A stretch of DNA of 63,756 nt, counting the filler, from Collodictyon triciliatum (Eukaryota): NCBI GenBank assembly GCA_043381765.1. It is 32 parts of 32 records of this genome, joined end to end, with 100 filler letters (N's around TTAATTAATTAA, not from the genome) between each part and the next. Parts side by side here need not be neighbours in the genome. Positions count along the whole stretch, not along the records: positions 25,430 to 27,296 come from JBHJMP010010023.1; positions 27,397 to 29,262 come from JBHJMP010010024.1; positions 29,363 to 31,228 come from JBHJMP010010025.1; positions 31,329 to 33,193 come from JBHJMP010010026.1; positions 33,294 to 35,158 come from JBHJMP010010027.1; positions 35,259 to 37,123 come from JBHJMP010010028.1; positions 37,224 to 39,087 come from JBHJMP010010029.1; positions 39,188 to 41,051 come from JBHJMP010010030.1; 24 more parts are not named here. One strand, given 5' to 3'. A program made the translations under genes and the position numbers. This document shows positions 25,430-39,794 of this stretch, piece by piece. The number at the start of each line of letters is the position of its first letter. Position 1 is the stretch's first letter. The notes beneath the pieces are model-generated. The model saw only the letters and a program-made list of their open reading frames with translations. It had not been told where the DNA came from and made no database searches.

Positions 25430-27110
25430 GGAGCAGAACCTGTACGGAGCCGGCTGCTACGTCCGCCTTCGAGGTAAGCACAAACTGCCCCAGAACCACG
25501 AAGCCCGCAACCAAGCGAAGAAAGAACTCGCCCAAGTCCTTAAACAACTCCAGTGCTACGAGGAGAACGTGATCATGCAACTGTACGATCAACCCCAAGG
25601 ATACACAGTAGCCTTCCCGCACCAACAAAACGCCGCAGAGTTTGCCAAGGCAGGACAGTATTAAACTTCTTGGCCGCTCTTTCCGCCCATACCAAGAGAG
25701 GCCACCTCTTCACTCCGCTATCATCGGCGATATCCCCCCAGGCTTCACCAAGGCAGACATTGAAGAGGCCTGCAATGCAATATTATCGCCTACCATAGTT
25801 TACTACGAAGCTGTGGACGGTATCTGGACCAATGACGTGCTAGTCAAGTTCCCGGCATCAGAACTGTCCAAAGTGCCAAAAAAATAAAATGAGCATGCAA
25901 GTATTCCTCATCCCCTTCATACTTCTCCCTGAAAGGAAGGAGAAGCCTAAAGACGATACCAAACATAAAAAGCACCAGGACAAACAACACGGTAAACACA
26001 ACCGCAAATCCTCCAACCCGCACAGTCCAAGGGTGAAAGACGAGCCCAAACTCCCGAACACAATCACCCGAAGCCATGGAAGACGTGGACGATGAACCGC
26101 CTCAGCCCATTACCGCCACCCAACCAAGAAGCTCCTCTCGCAAGGAACTCCCAAAGAAAGCAAATGAAAATTTGGAAGTGCACATCATCCTGAAACTAAC
26201 CGAACAAACAAAGCAAGGCTCGGCTTCTTCGCCTGGAAGAACCCCTGAGAGGAAGACGACTACACCAAATACACCAACAGCAAGCCCGAGCTCCAAACAC
26301 CAATCTAAACCACCGAAAATAGAAAGGCCTTCATTAGCGACCCAACCCAAGTCGACAAGACAAACGAACATAGCCAGCTTCATACTCCATAGGAGCCCTG
26401 ATGTGACCCCAACAAAGCACGTGCAAAAATCGAATAGCCCTAAAGAAGCAAACTCCAGCAACGACTCGCTCTATCTCTCACCTGCGTCCCAAGAGGCAGG
26501 GACTGCATCAGGAACACCCCAGAGCAGCGTCAGCTTCACACCGCAATTCCCAACATCCGAAGGCGCCCCAAACAAAACAAACTTCCAGCATGCTGTAACT
26601 CCCATATGTATTGCTCGCACAAACCCTAGCCCAAAAAGGGCGAGCACAGAGCTGACAGCCTCGCCGGAAAACACACAACTTCCCACCGCAGAGGCCGTAG
26701 CGTCACCGGCACAACACACAAGGAAACTATCAGCGCCAAAATCCCGAAAGCTGCATGTTGAGTTACCAATAATAACTTCCGAAACAAATACAACAACCAT
26801 AGCCACAGAAACACACACAACTACCACGACCGAGTCAACACAGATATCCGCAAACACAACTGAATACAACGAGAGCGATGCTGCTCTCACGAAGGGGTCT
26901 TCCCTCCACCCATTAATAACAGACCATGCGTTTCCGTGAGAAGAGACATGTGGAAAGAAGCTGAGAAGGATATTAAACCTCGCCTTGTAACTCTCATGCA
27001 AGCACAAGACCCAGACTACAGGCCAAACCGCAGGATGCAATTCCTGATTACCGACTACTTCTCCGCCACCCGGCCAACAAGTGGCGTCCGTGCAAACGGT
27101 GGCTAGCGAA
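25430..27110 (+). mobile_element. Degraded non-LTR retrotransposon ORF1 (RRM-type)-like sequence
   Basis: Intronless, A/C-rich strand with overlapping ORFs joined by frameshifts (~25650, ~25880). RRM-like core AIIGDIPPGFTKADIEEAC...DGIWTNDVLVKF...VPKK, then a long Pro/Ser/Thr low-complexity tail. Homologous to 41152-41788. Confidence 0.65.
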
Positions 27111-27200
27111 CCAAAGCCAACATCTTCACCATCCTGCACAAAATTGAGAGGAAGAATAAAAAAAAAATATGGTAGAATCTTCAAATGCAAAATGTAACTC

Positions 27201-27296
27201 CCCTTTGGTTTTGCACAAAAACCACGTTTCCCTTTGGTTTTGCACAAAAACCACGTTTCCCTTTGGTTTTGCACAAAAACCACGTTTCCCTTTGGT
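27201..27296. repeat. 29-bp tandem repeat (CCCTTTGGTTTTGCACAAAAACCACGTTT), more than 3 copies, truncated by the contig end
   Basis: Identical units start at 27201, 27230, 27259 and 27288, with no spacers. Confidence 0.95.
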
Positions 27297-29179
27297 NNNN
27301 NNNNNNNNNNNNNNNNNNNNNNNNNNNNNNNNNNNNNNNNTTAATTAATTAANNNNNNNNNNNNNNNNNNNNNNNNNNNNNNNNNNNNNNNNNNNNGTTT
27401 TTGTTTTTGTTTTTGTTTTTGTTTTTGTTTTTGTTTTTGTTTTTGTTTTTGTTTTTGTTTTTGTTTTTGTTTTTGTTTTTGTTTTTGTTTTTTTATTTGT
27501 GTAATTTGAAAGTAGAGCAGGTTGGTTGAAGGCCCTTATTTGCGAAGTACCCAAGGAAGTGGAACGTTTCTAGTGCGCTCAGACATGTTGCTTCGCACCT
27601 TGGCTGAAACTGCGGTATAACTGACAAGTCTGCTAGAGTTTCCCAAGAGAGAGACAGTCACGTTATCCCGTCACTTTCATAATTCTTTGAATCGTTTTAA
27701 TAATATTTTTTTTAAAAAAAAATGCCAAGTAATTTGGAGATAAGGAAAGACAGTATTCTACGAAGTTTGCCAATTTTTTTTACACGACATACACCCTCGC
27801 TTTCTTTGCGTTTCGTATCCCACTCAACCTGAATCTCCAAGTCAAAAAGTGAACTCTGATGTAAAAAGGTGACGAATAGACGAGCTGTTTTTGCAAGCGC
27901 TGAAAAGAGAGGATTGCTCATCACTCCCTCTCCACAAATAATGGACACACTCTCATTTCGCTCTGGCATTTTATTTTTTTTTTTATTCGTGTTGCTTGTC
28001 GCCCTGCATCGAAAGATTACTTTGGAGGATGGCGGAAAAAGATGTGTTTAATCCATACCACGAGGAACTTCACGGTGCAGCAGCGCCATCGCTCTAGTTT
28101 TGAGCTCTTGTGGATTCTCATTTCTAAATATGTTACAGCATCAATATCTTTTGACGCTTACTTGTCTCGCAGTCCTCACCCTGCTTGGGTCTGACTAACC
28201 ATCGGCACCAGATACGGCAATACAGCCAAGCAGCAAAGGCAAAAAACCGCAAAGACGTCGACTCATCATATGTGGAATTGATGTTATATGCATTTATGGT
28301 TCTTCAATAATGTGATTTTTTTCAATATAGCTTGAATTTATGCAATTATTGCCCAGATTGATATAATCAAGCCTACAGGTAGAGTGATGTCTTGTGAGCT
28401 ACGCGAACAACGCGTTTCGGACACGCACGTGACAGCCACTTTCGAAGCGTGCTCTATTTTGGCGGGAGAAGTCGGTTTCGACGCAATACTTTGGCCACAT
28501 TTTCTTTGAAGTCTTATCAATAATTCTGCGATGTTCTTCTGAAACCGTATTTAATCGCTGCCAGGATGATGGGCGTTATTCTCGAGATACGGCGAGCACG
28601 GGTGTGTTTTCAATCTTTTGTCAATATATCAAATATAATAGACTTCGCAGTTACCAAAGACATTCGTAAAAACAGGTTCCTATGAGTGCTAACGCTCGTG
28701 CAATCACACATCGTGTGGATTTGTTAGTATTTTCATGAATCTATAGCTTTCAACCACCATTAGTCTTCACTGTTCTATGCTTTTTTCTCTGGGGCAAATA
28801 GAAAGTCTTTGAAAGAATTTGATTTCAGAATCTTTTGCATCTACGCGCTGCATTTTAGCACAACGCCAGCTCAAACACTCCACTCATTTGCTGAAATCCA
28901 ATTACTGCTGTATATGTGCCTCGCTTCCTGCTGGCTAGTGGGGAACTTAATAAGCTCTAGTGCCAATCACATAACCTATGCTCCCCAAACAGATACAAAA
29001 GCATGGATCAAGAATCTGTCGTGGACGGGACAGAGCACCCCATCCAGAAACCACGCTTCAAAGAAGAGCTCATGTACGACCTGGCACAGCTCCGTTTGAT
29101 GCTTTGGAAGAACTTTCTGCTGAAGGTTCAATTTCATCTCTTCGCCATGCCCTAACCACTTTTCATACACACACACACA

Positions 29180-29245
<66 letters not shown>

Positions 29246-29493
29246 CACCCACACACACACACNNNNNNNNNNNNNNNNNNNNNNNNNNNNNNNNNNNNNN
29301 NNNNNNTTAATTAATTAANNNNNNNNNNNNNNNNNNNNNNNNNNNNNNNNNNNNNNNNNNNNTTTTTTTCTTTTTTTCTTTTTTTCTTTTTTTCTTTTTT
29401 TCTTTTTTTCTTTTGTTCTTTTTTTCTTTTTTTCTTTTTCTTTTTTCTTTTTATCTAAACCTCGCCGAATAATTGCCTCCCACCAGAAAACAG

Positions 29494-30961
<1,468 letters not shown>

Positions 30962-31166
30962 GGCCCCTGCTTGCGTCTTTGTTTGCGCGCGGGTATTCTA
31001 TTGCTGTCGTGTCTGGTCTGGTGCGCTTGTGCGGTGTGGCCCTCTATCGATGGTGCGGATATGCAGAGGAGAGCGGAGAATAAAGTGGACATAAACTTTC
31101 CTCTACATCATTTTCGTTGTTTTTTTTTTTTTTGGTGGTTTTTTTTTTGGTGGTTTTTTTTTTTTT

Positions 31167-31228
<62 letters not shown>

Positions 31229-31548
31229 NNNNNNNNNNNNNNNNNNNNNNNNNNNNNNNNNNNNNNNNNNNNTTAATTAATTAANNNNNNNNNNNNNNNN
31301 NNNNNNNNNNNNNNNNNNNNNNNNNNNNAAAAAAAAACGAATAGAAGAAAAAAAAAAAATATTAAAAAAAACAAACACACGATTAAAAAAAAAAAAAAAA
31401 AAAAAAAAACAGTTGGCTCCGCTCCTCAGTATATGATGAGATTTTACAATTTTTTTTTCAAAAGCTTGAGTTCATGTGAGAGATTTTGGGAGAGGTGCAT
31501 AGTACTCATAATAGCTCATTACAAGAGTAAAAATTGTGCGATAATTAC

Positions 31549-33010
31549 GTTTCATTATATCCACAACAACATTAGTACATAGTCGCGTGGTAACAGGAGT
31601 GCAGTGCTCCAAGGTTGGACTACTATTGACCTCAATGAGCCACGGATTCATTCGGTCATCAAGCATCAAATCGAATCCGTACATTTCGTAAGTGTTCTAG
31701 CAAATTGACCAATCTAGTTAGTTTGAAGCTTATCAAAAGAAATGAAATCCATGCGCTCAAACTTACCTTTCTATTTTCGATGGTATCTTGACCACATTTC
31801 AGAGTGGAGATGATGATTTTCTTCATAGCTGGCTGTAGTTTTTTGTACCATACATCGTCGCTTCCGTGGGTTTGCCTGTAGTTGTTGATACGAGGGTTTA
31901 TAAAGATACAACTTGAAATGCATTCAACATGTATTTTTGTATACATAAGAGAAAAAGAAATAAATGCTCAAGCTTCAATCGAGTTATCCGGGGTTAACCT
32001 TAAATGGGTTATGAACTGGTCTGAACTCCACATATTTCCTTCGATATCAGAGTTTGAATTAAAGTCGTCCGAGTGTTTTTGGATTGAATTATTGCACAGG
32101 TGAGAGAATCTGGAATTGGTTTTATTAAACGTATATCAAATAGCTGAAGTACAAAAGAGAAACAGGATAAGGAAATTATTTCGATGAGATATTGATACAC
32201 TAAATGTAGGCTCTGATTTTTTTTCTATTACTTGTCCTCCAGGTTGTCGATGTTAAAATCAGTGGAGGTGAAACGCAAATAACAGTCTCCGTAAAAGAAA
32301 ATTGTTAATGGATTCCACCTTGTTACCAAAACCCATTGGCGGATATCAAACTTCCTATTCATCAGAATCAGAGGATTTTCCATATATTTTTGGGCTACAA
32401 AGTGGCCTTCAACGCTGATATAATCCATCAGCTTGTCGAGTCTGTTAAAAACTTCAATACCTATTTGTTTTTATTTATCAACAACCCGATCAATCCTCAT
32501 AACTAAGAATATATTGATAAAAGCATACACGCCTGTCGTTTAAATGACAACACTTCGGGTATGTATACCTCGGCCACGTGATTTTCCTGCTGGCTTAACA
32601 ATCCAGATATTGTGGCATCCGTTCAATGCAAACTGATGTGATTTTTCTTGCAGACCCGCGTAAAGATCAGACGCTTGTTGAACTAATGTCAAGGTAATTT
32701 CTTCCATCTTTTGATAACATGATAAATAAATTAGACGGTGAGTAATCCAGATATGACATAACGTGATGAATATCTTCGGTTGTTTTCTTATAACGCTTTG
32801 TCTTTATTTTATGAATAGTTTTGCATTTATCTTAAATCATAGATTCCATACCGGGCCCATGTCGAGAAGCTTCTTGTTGATTTTTCGGATGACGATGCTA
32901 CTGGTTGCGGATTCTTTGGACTTCAATTTCCGCTTTGCGATTTCAAGGTCATTTAGGAGATAGCTGTACTGAAGAAGGTCATTTATTTGGGCTGCAGATG
33001 GCTCCGATTC
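31549..33010 (-). CDS. TTLL3: Tubulin-tyrosine-ligase-like glycylase (TTLL3/TTLL8 type); partial, multi-exon
   Basis: NIWIVKPAGKSRGRGI ... VAQKYMENPL...RKFDIRQWVLVTRWNPLT...YLRF ... HLCNNSIQK ... EMYGFDLMLDDRMNPWLIEVNSSPTL. KFDIRQW and HLCNNSIQK are typical of the glycylase clade. Confidence 0.93.
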
Positions 33011-33340
33011 CTGGGATAGAATATTTGGAATTAGATATTATCAAGAAGAAAACAGAAGAAAGCAAAAGAAAAAAGAAAAGAAATGAAAAGAAATGAAAAG
33101 AAAAGAGAAGAGAAGAGAAGAGAAGAGAAGAGAAGAGAAGAGAAGAGAAGAGAAGAGAAGAGAAGAGAAGAGAAGAGAAGAGAAGAGAAGAGANNNNNNN
33201 NNNNNNNNNNNNNNNNNNNNNNNNNNNNNNNNNNNNNTTAATTAATTAANNNNNNNNNNNNNNNNNNNNNNNNNNNNNNNNNNNNNNNNNNNNAGAGAGA
33301 GAGAAAGAGAGTGAAAGAGAGTAAATTATGATTATCAGAC

Positions 33341-34556
33341 CTCCTCTCCAGTTCTTCTTGCTCTTTAAAGAGCCTCTCTTGGTCTTCGAGAGCCTTCAAT
33401 AGAGAAATTGTTTAATTACTTCGGTAATTGTCCGAACTTAACAAACACGAAAAAAAAAATACAATAAAATAAAGATGGGTTGGTAATATATTTCACGCGG
33501 TTACGCTTTTCATAAATCCAGTCTCTTTCCCCTCGTTATAGAGTGCAAGTGCCTTTTTGAAGCCCACACTGGATGCCTGGGCGTTCTAAGGGATGCATAA
33601 GAATTGGGGTTTGTTGAGTTGGTCGGTGGGCAGATAGATGACATTTTAATCACGGTTTTCGATGGAGACGAGATGCAGACGCGTTGTTTGAATGCCTCCA
33701 ATCCTGTAATGTGGGCGCTTTCAATGGGCATGTCCAACTGATAATAGTAGGTTTTGAGTTCGTCAAGATTGTGCGTTTTACAGTAAGCGATGTACAAGTC
33801 CTCCGCAAGTTTCTTGTTTCGGATGAGTTTGAAGAACTCTGCCAAAGGCCGTGAGTTTTTAATGGCCAAGAGAACATAGTAAACTATCGAATGTTAAGCA
33901 GTGAGACGTGAATTCTGAAAATGGATAAATGAACTAAAACAAAGCAGACGAGAAAAGAAGGTTTATTGGGAATATCCAAATTAACATTAATTCGTTTATT
34001 TAGACAAAACCAATCAAATTGACAGGGGAAAAAAAAGAAGTGAAATCCGGTAAACGTGAAAGCATGAAAGCAGTATTCTGTACTTGAATAATCGTTTTGT
34101 AGAATATGAAGCTGTATGGGTGTGGTATTGGTTTGCTTGGAGGCGATTGTTGTCACCTAAATCAGTGTCTCCACTTTCGATGGCCTTGACCAGAGACCTT
34201 TCGTCTTGCTTCATTTCTAGCAACAGAGGGACTTGTTTGGCAGCTCTTGGCTCATAGTCGAGAAGCTGCGTATGAACAAGTCAACATATCAGTAAGTTGT
34301 AAAGAATTGGCACCATCACCTTGCTAATGTCAGATTTACTACATTTTTTTTCTTATTTCAAAAGGAAAAAATGAATAGCATATTATTTTTTGAAGCAAAG
34401 GGAGAAGATATTTCTTTATGTTACCATGATGGCCAAATCAGGCCGGCCTCTCTTGTATGCAGTCAAAGCAATGGCCGCATAAGAAATCCCGGGTATGTGC
34501 TGCAGCTTCTCCACAATGGTTGCGCGAATAGCTCCGTCATCACCAGACGATTGCAC
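33341..34556 (-). CDS. VPS16: HOPS/CORVET subunit VPS16, C-terminal region; partial
   Basis: [31 protein letters not shown] / [36 protein letters not shown] / VYYVLL...PLAEFFKLI matches the Vps16_C signature. Confidence 0.94.
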
Positions 34557-35310
34557 CTGCGTTATGTTGACCACAATCAGCAAGTCCTTGTTAGATATCG
34601 AGAAAAGAAAAAAAGAGAAAAGAAAAAAAAGAAAAAAAAGAAAAAAAGAAAAAAAGAAAAAAAGAGAAAAAGAAAAAGAGAAAAAGAAAAAGAGAAAAAG
34701 AAAAAGAGAAAAAGAGAAAAAGAGAAAAAGAGAAAAGAAGAGAAAAGAAGAGAAAGGAAGAGAAAAAGTAAAGGAAAGGGAAAAAAAATGTAAAGGACCA
34801 TAAATGCAGCCATGACCAGCCACCAACAAATCATTTCCGAGTCTTCAGCCAGTGTCGGTGACTCGAAGCTTGACTTCTCTGACCCAGAACTCACGGAGAC
34901 ATACCGAAAAGTTCGCGACGCGGTTGACGGCCTCAACTGGTTCTCTCACTATTTATAAAGAAAAATATCACGTCTCCTCTTTCCTCTTTCCCCTATTTCG
35001 TCCGTTCACTTTACATGTGTGTTTGATACTGGAGAAACCAACTGACTATCAAATCTCCAGGGTTTTGTTCGGCTATGCTGGAAAGACTAATGCTCTAAGA
35101 GTACATCTTATATTATTTATCTGAAAAAAATAAAAAAAATAAAAAAAATAAAAAAAATNNNNNNNNNNNNNNNNNNNNNNNNNNNNNNNNNNNNNNNNNN
35201 NNTTAATTAATTAANNNNNNNNNNNNNNNNNNNNNNNNNNNNNNNNNNNNNNNNNNNNCACAAACATAAAAAAAAACACACACATAAAAAAAACAAACAC
35301 AAAAAAAAAA

Positions 35311-35385
<75 letters not shown>

Positions 35386-36115
35386 ACAAAAAAAAAAAAA
35401 CACACACAAAAAAAAAAACACACACATAAAAAAAAACACACACATAAAAAAAAACACACACATAAAAAAAAACAGCAAAAAGTATCATGAGTGCAAAAAT
35501 CCCAGAAAAACACCACCCGCAAGTACCTGACACGAAAGAGTAGAGAAGATGAGTAAGAAATGCGCGATCGAACCTCGGCACATATTACAAAACTATCAAG
35601 TTCCCCCTGCTCTCTTTTTCACTGCAGAAGTCAATAACTAATCACATACACACTCACACGCTAAGAAAAAAACAACCTTTTAACGGTGTGGCTGCCTCGA
35701 CTGCATAGCTTCAATGGCAGGTTTGCAATACTCCATCTATTNNNNNNNNNNNNNNNNNNNNNNNNNNNNNNNNNNNNNNNNNNNNNNNNNNNNNNNNNNN
35801 NNNNNNNNNNNNNNNNNNNNNNNNNNNNNNNNNNNNNNNNNNNNNNNNNNNNNNNNNNNNNNNNNNNNNNNNNNNNNNNNNNNNNNNNNNNNNNNNNNNN
35901 NNNNNNNNNNNNNNNNNNNNNNNNNNNNNNNNNNNNNNNNNNNNNNNNNNNNNNNNNNNNNNNNNNNNNNNNNNNNNNNNNNNNNNNNNNNNNNNNNNNN
36001 NNNNNNNNNNNNNNNNNNNNNNNNNNNNNNNNNNNNNNNNNNNNNNNNNNNNNNNNNNNNNNNNNNNNNNNNNNNNNNNNNNNNNNNNNNNNNNNNNNNN
36101 NNNNNNNNNNNNNNN

Positions 36116-36954
36116 CTTGAAGCTCTGCGCTCCATTTATCCCGAAGAGTTTCTTGGTTTGTTCTCATACAAAAAGAAAAGTATTTTACGCATTTATGAAA
36201 TCAACGCATCACGCACAATAATATAAATGATGAAGAAAAAAAAAAAGAGAACCAGTATTCAAATATCACTGCACGAACACTAACTGTTGTTCACATTTCT
36301 CCTAATTTTACTTCTGTCTTAACAAATTTAGAGTCTACATCTTCCCAGAATTCGTTTTCCCTTCAACTAAAGCCCATTCACGATTCGGCCAACGAAGACC
36401 AAGGTATTTATCGTCATGAATTCGTAATCAATACGGCTTCTCCTTAAGTCAGAATATAAGCTCGGACGTGATATAGGATGTTTCATATTCCCAATTTGTA
36501 GTAAAAATCTGCTCCTTTGGTAAACGATCAAAATACGTCAAATAGTTCTCGTCCGGCTTGATATATCACTTCCACCAGACTACCCAAACGTTGTCCCAGA
36601 AGTCAGCTTTGTACCACTGAAAGGAGTTACCGAGTCGATGTGCAAGCCAATAAAAGACACTGTTGATAGCCTTGTTTGTACTTTAATTCCGACACTTTTT
36701 TTATCTGATTAGATCATATCTCAAGAAAGAGTTTACATCACTTCAATAATTTAATTGCTGCGAAACTCGCAGTTTTTTTTTTAAAAAAAGCATTTGGTTA
36801 TTTCAGTAATTCTTTTGGCATGAAACCCAAAAATACTCATTCACATTTTCTGTTTGCTCATTAACTCCAGGCCACAGAAAATATTGGAATGCCCATGATT
36901 TTCACTTTGGCGTCTGCGGTTCAGGAATGGCTTGCAACTTGCCACGATGAAAAA
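36116..36954 (+). CDS. RWD-domain protein (RWDD1/GIR2-like); partial
   Basis: LEALRSIYPEEF ... LDISLPPDYPNVVP ... ATENIGMPMIFTLASAVQEWL, across GT-AG-bounded exons. Confidence 0.9.
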
Positions 36955-38467
36955 GTTTTAATAATTGAAAAACAAAAAGCTGGTGAGGCAATCGCGATGC
37001 ACATATTTCAGCGTTCAAGATAAAGAAAAGAACAGAAAAGAACAGAAAAGAACAGAAAAGAACAGAAAAGAACAGAAAAGAACAGAAAAGAACAGAAAAG
37101 AACAGAAAAGAACAGAAAAGAACNNNNNNNNNNNNNNNNNNNNNNNNNNNNNNNNNNNNNNNNNNNNTTAATTAATTAANNNNNNNNNNNNNNNNNNNNN
37201 NNNNNNNNNNNNNNNNNNNNNNNTTTTTATTCTAGCTTTTTTATTCTAGCTTTTTTATTCTAGCTTTTTTATTCTAGCTTTTTTATTCTAGCTTTTTTAT
37301 TCTAGCTTTTTTTTATTGTATCTTTGTTTACATTATCTTTTTTATTCTATCTTTGTTTACATTATTATTCTAAAATTTTTAATTCGCTCCGCTCTGTGCA
37401 GATTTTGACCTGCTTGTGAAGCGAACAGTTGCACCATCCAAAAATCCGATGGTTATGGGTATGCTCTCATCAATCTTCTCTGGTCGAATGGGAATCAAAA
37501 GCTTGTGTTGCTGTTTGCAATTTCGTTTCATCCCAGCGTCGCATTCTCATACTCGCGCATATCCAGGTCCGGATACTGCGAAACCAGCGCCCACATCGAC
37601 CCAGACTGCCTTGCAGCAGAATTTCGATGATGAGTTCGGGTTGTAACTCCCCACACAAAGAGAAGAAAAAAAGCCTCGCTTCTACTCATCTTTCTCCTTC
37701 CAACCATCTCCATCTCTTTCTCTCTTCTCTGATACGTTCCTTCCCTTTGCCCTTCGCTGCTTGTGATTCTTGAAAAATACCACGGCACAAGCACGAGGGC
37801 GAAAAGAATATCCCACAACGCCATAAAAGTACGAAAGACTTTTGACAACTCTGTAAATTCGTAGAATAAGAATCGCACAGTCTCTCGACTCCATCTCACC
37901 TCTCATCCTCTTTGTTGTTTTTTTGTTTTTTGTTTTTTGTATTTTGTTTTTTTGTATTTTGTTTTTTTGTATTTTGTTTTTTTGTATTTTGTTTTTTTGT
38001 ATTTTGTTTTTTTGTATTTTGTTTTTTTGTATTTTGTTTTTTGTGTTTTGTTTTTTGTTTTTTGTTTTTTGTTTTTTGTGTTTTGTTTTTTGTATTTTGT
38101 TTTTTTGGATTTTGTTTTTTGTATTTTGTTTTTTGTATTATGTTTTTTGTATTATGTTTTTGTATTTTGTTTTTTGTTTTTTAATTCGGCTTGACTCGTA
38201 TACCACCATCTCGGCAGAGGATGGAAGAATGAGGAACAGAACAGGATTAGTGTATATGGTCAAAAACGAAGCACAAACTATCGACGGGGAATTTGGCTAC
38301 TGTTATCTACTTGGACGGAAAAAGAGAGTGACAGAAACAGGTAATGTAGATAGAGAAAAAAAAAGTATAGCCTTTTCACATAGGAACGGTGGACAATGTA
38401 AGAAACGAATGAAAGAGAAAGAAATGGGAGAAATCGAACAAAAACAGATACAAGATAAAAGAAACAT

Positions 38468-38950
38468 CTATTCACAGCTTGAAGATATGGGCTGGTTTCT
38501 GGTCTCAGAGTCTGTGGGCTCTGGCTGAGATGTCTGCTTGGTTGCAACCTTTGACTCCGAATCGAGGTCGTCGCTCAACAACATTACGTTATCATTAAAG
38601 TCTATGGCCGTATTTTGCGATGGAATCGGCGGCACTGATGATGACGGCGATGCTGTTGATGTCTCATTGTTTGGGCAACACGCTTCGAATTGTGTGTGGC
38701 TATAAATCAATTCGGCGGCGTCCTGCTGGTTGGTTTGTTGAGCTTCATTCAGCGTGTCGCATTCTCTTTCCTCAACTTCGTTTGCACCTCCGTAGTCTGA
38801 CAGGAGCGGCTTTAATTCATTCAGAGTTTCATCACAAACCTCGGAGGCCAACATCGCTTGCACAAAATCGTCGTCATTGGCACTCACAAGGTGGCACACG
38901 GAGGAGTCGTATTTCTTCGCCGAGGGCACTTGAGTGATGGCAGTTGAACT
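38468..38950 (-). CDS. Acidic low-complexity exon of an unidentified gene
   Basis: About 150 open codons of coding-like composition between SSR tracts. No motif recognised. Confidence 0.4.
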   Translation of the reverse strand, partial: SSTAITQVPSAKKYDSSVCHLVSANDDDFVQAMLASEVCDETLNELKPLLSDYGGANEVEERECDTLNEAQQTNQQDAAELIYSHTQFEACCPNNETSTASPSSSVPPIPSQNTAIDFNDNVMLLSDDLDSESKVATKQTSQPEPTDSETRNQPISSSCE

Positions 38951-39614
38951 ACCTGCATCTAGGCGATGATGGTGATGGTGATGGTGATGGTGATGGTGAT
39001 GGTGATGGTGATGGTGATGGTGATGGTGATGGTGATGGTGATGGTGATGGTGATGGTGATGGTGATGGTGATGGTGATGGTGATGGTNNNNNNNNNNNNN
39101 NNNNNNNNNNNNNNNNNNNNNNNNNNNNNNNTTAATTAATTAANNNNNNNNNNNNNNNNNNNNNNNNNNNNNNNNNNNNNNNNNNNNTTGTTTTTTTGTT
39201 TTTTGTTTTTTGTTTTTTTTTTGTTTTTTTTTAAAGCTGTCTCCTGAATCTGTTTGCCGCCGAAGGACAACAGCCGCAGCTACAAAACCAAAGGAAAGGC
39301 CAAAACCTTGTTTTAATCTGGAATTTATATGAATAATGATTTGAAACTCGTAATTGATCGTATTCGACTCGATACATGCTACAATTTTTTACTGATGCAA
39401 TATATTAGTGCGATTAGAAAATGCAATAGAGACAACCAGCCGAATCGCAGCCAATCTCCATTCTTTCCCAAATATCAAATCGACTACAAAAAACATCAAC
39501 GCCGCTATAGTCTTTCATTTTATCATTTTTTCTTTTTTCTTTCATTTTTTCTTTTTTCTTTCATTTTTCATTTTTCTTTTTCTTTTTTTTCTTTTTCTTA
39601 TTTTTTCATTTTTC

Positions 39615-39646
<32 letters not shown>

Positions 39647-39794
39647 TTCATTTTTCATTTTTCTTTTTTCTTTTTTCATTTTTCTTTTCTTTTTTCTTTT
39701 TTTGCACACAACCGCAAGCCAAGCCCTCCTTTCCTTTCACCGAAATAGCCACCACCAATCATATACAAAGGCAACCTCACAAAACCAAGCATTC

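Noticed and set aside
27201..27296. CRISPR-like 29-bp palindromic repeat
   Set aside because: The units abut directly with no unique spacers, no cas gene is visible, and the context is eukaryotic.
27397..29262. Possible exons or ncRNA in this segment, and in 47037-48898 and 60759-62616
   Set aside because: Short open segments exist, but I could not build a consistent gene model or recognise a family, tRNA or rRNA.
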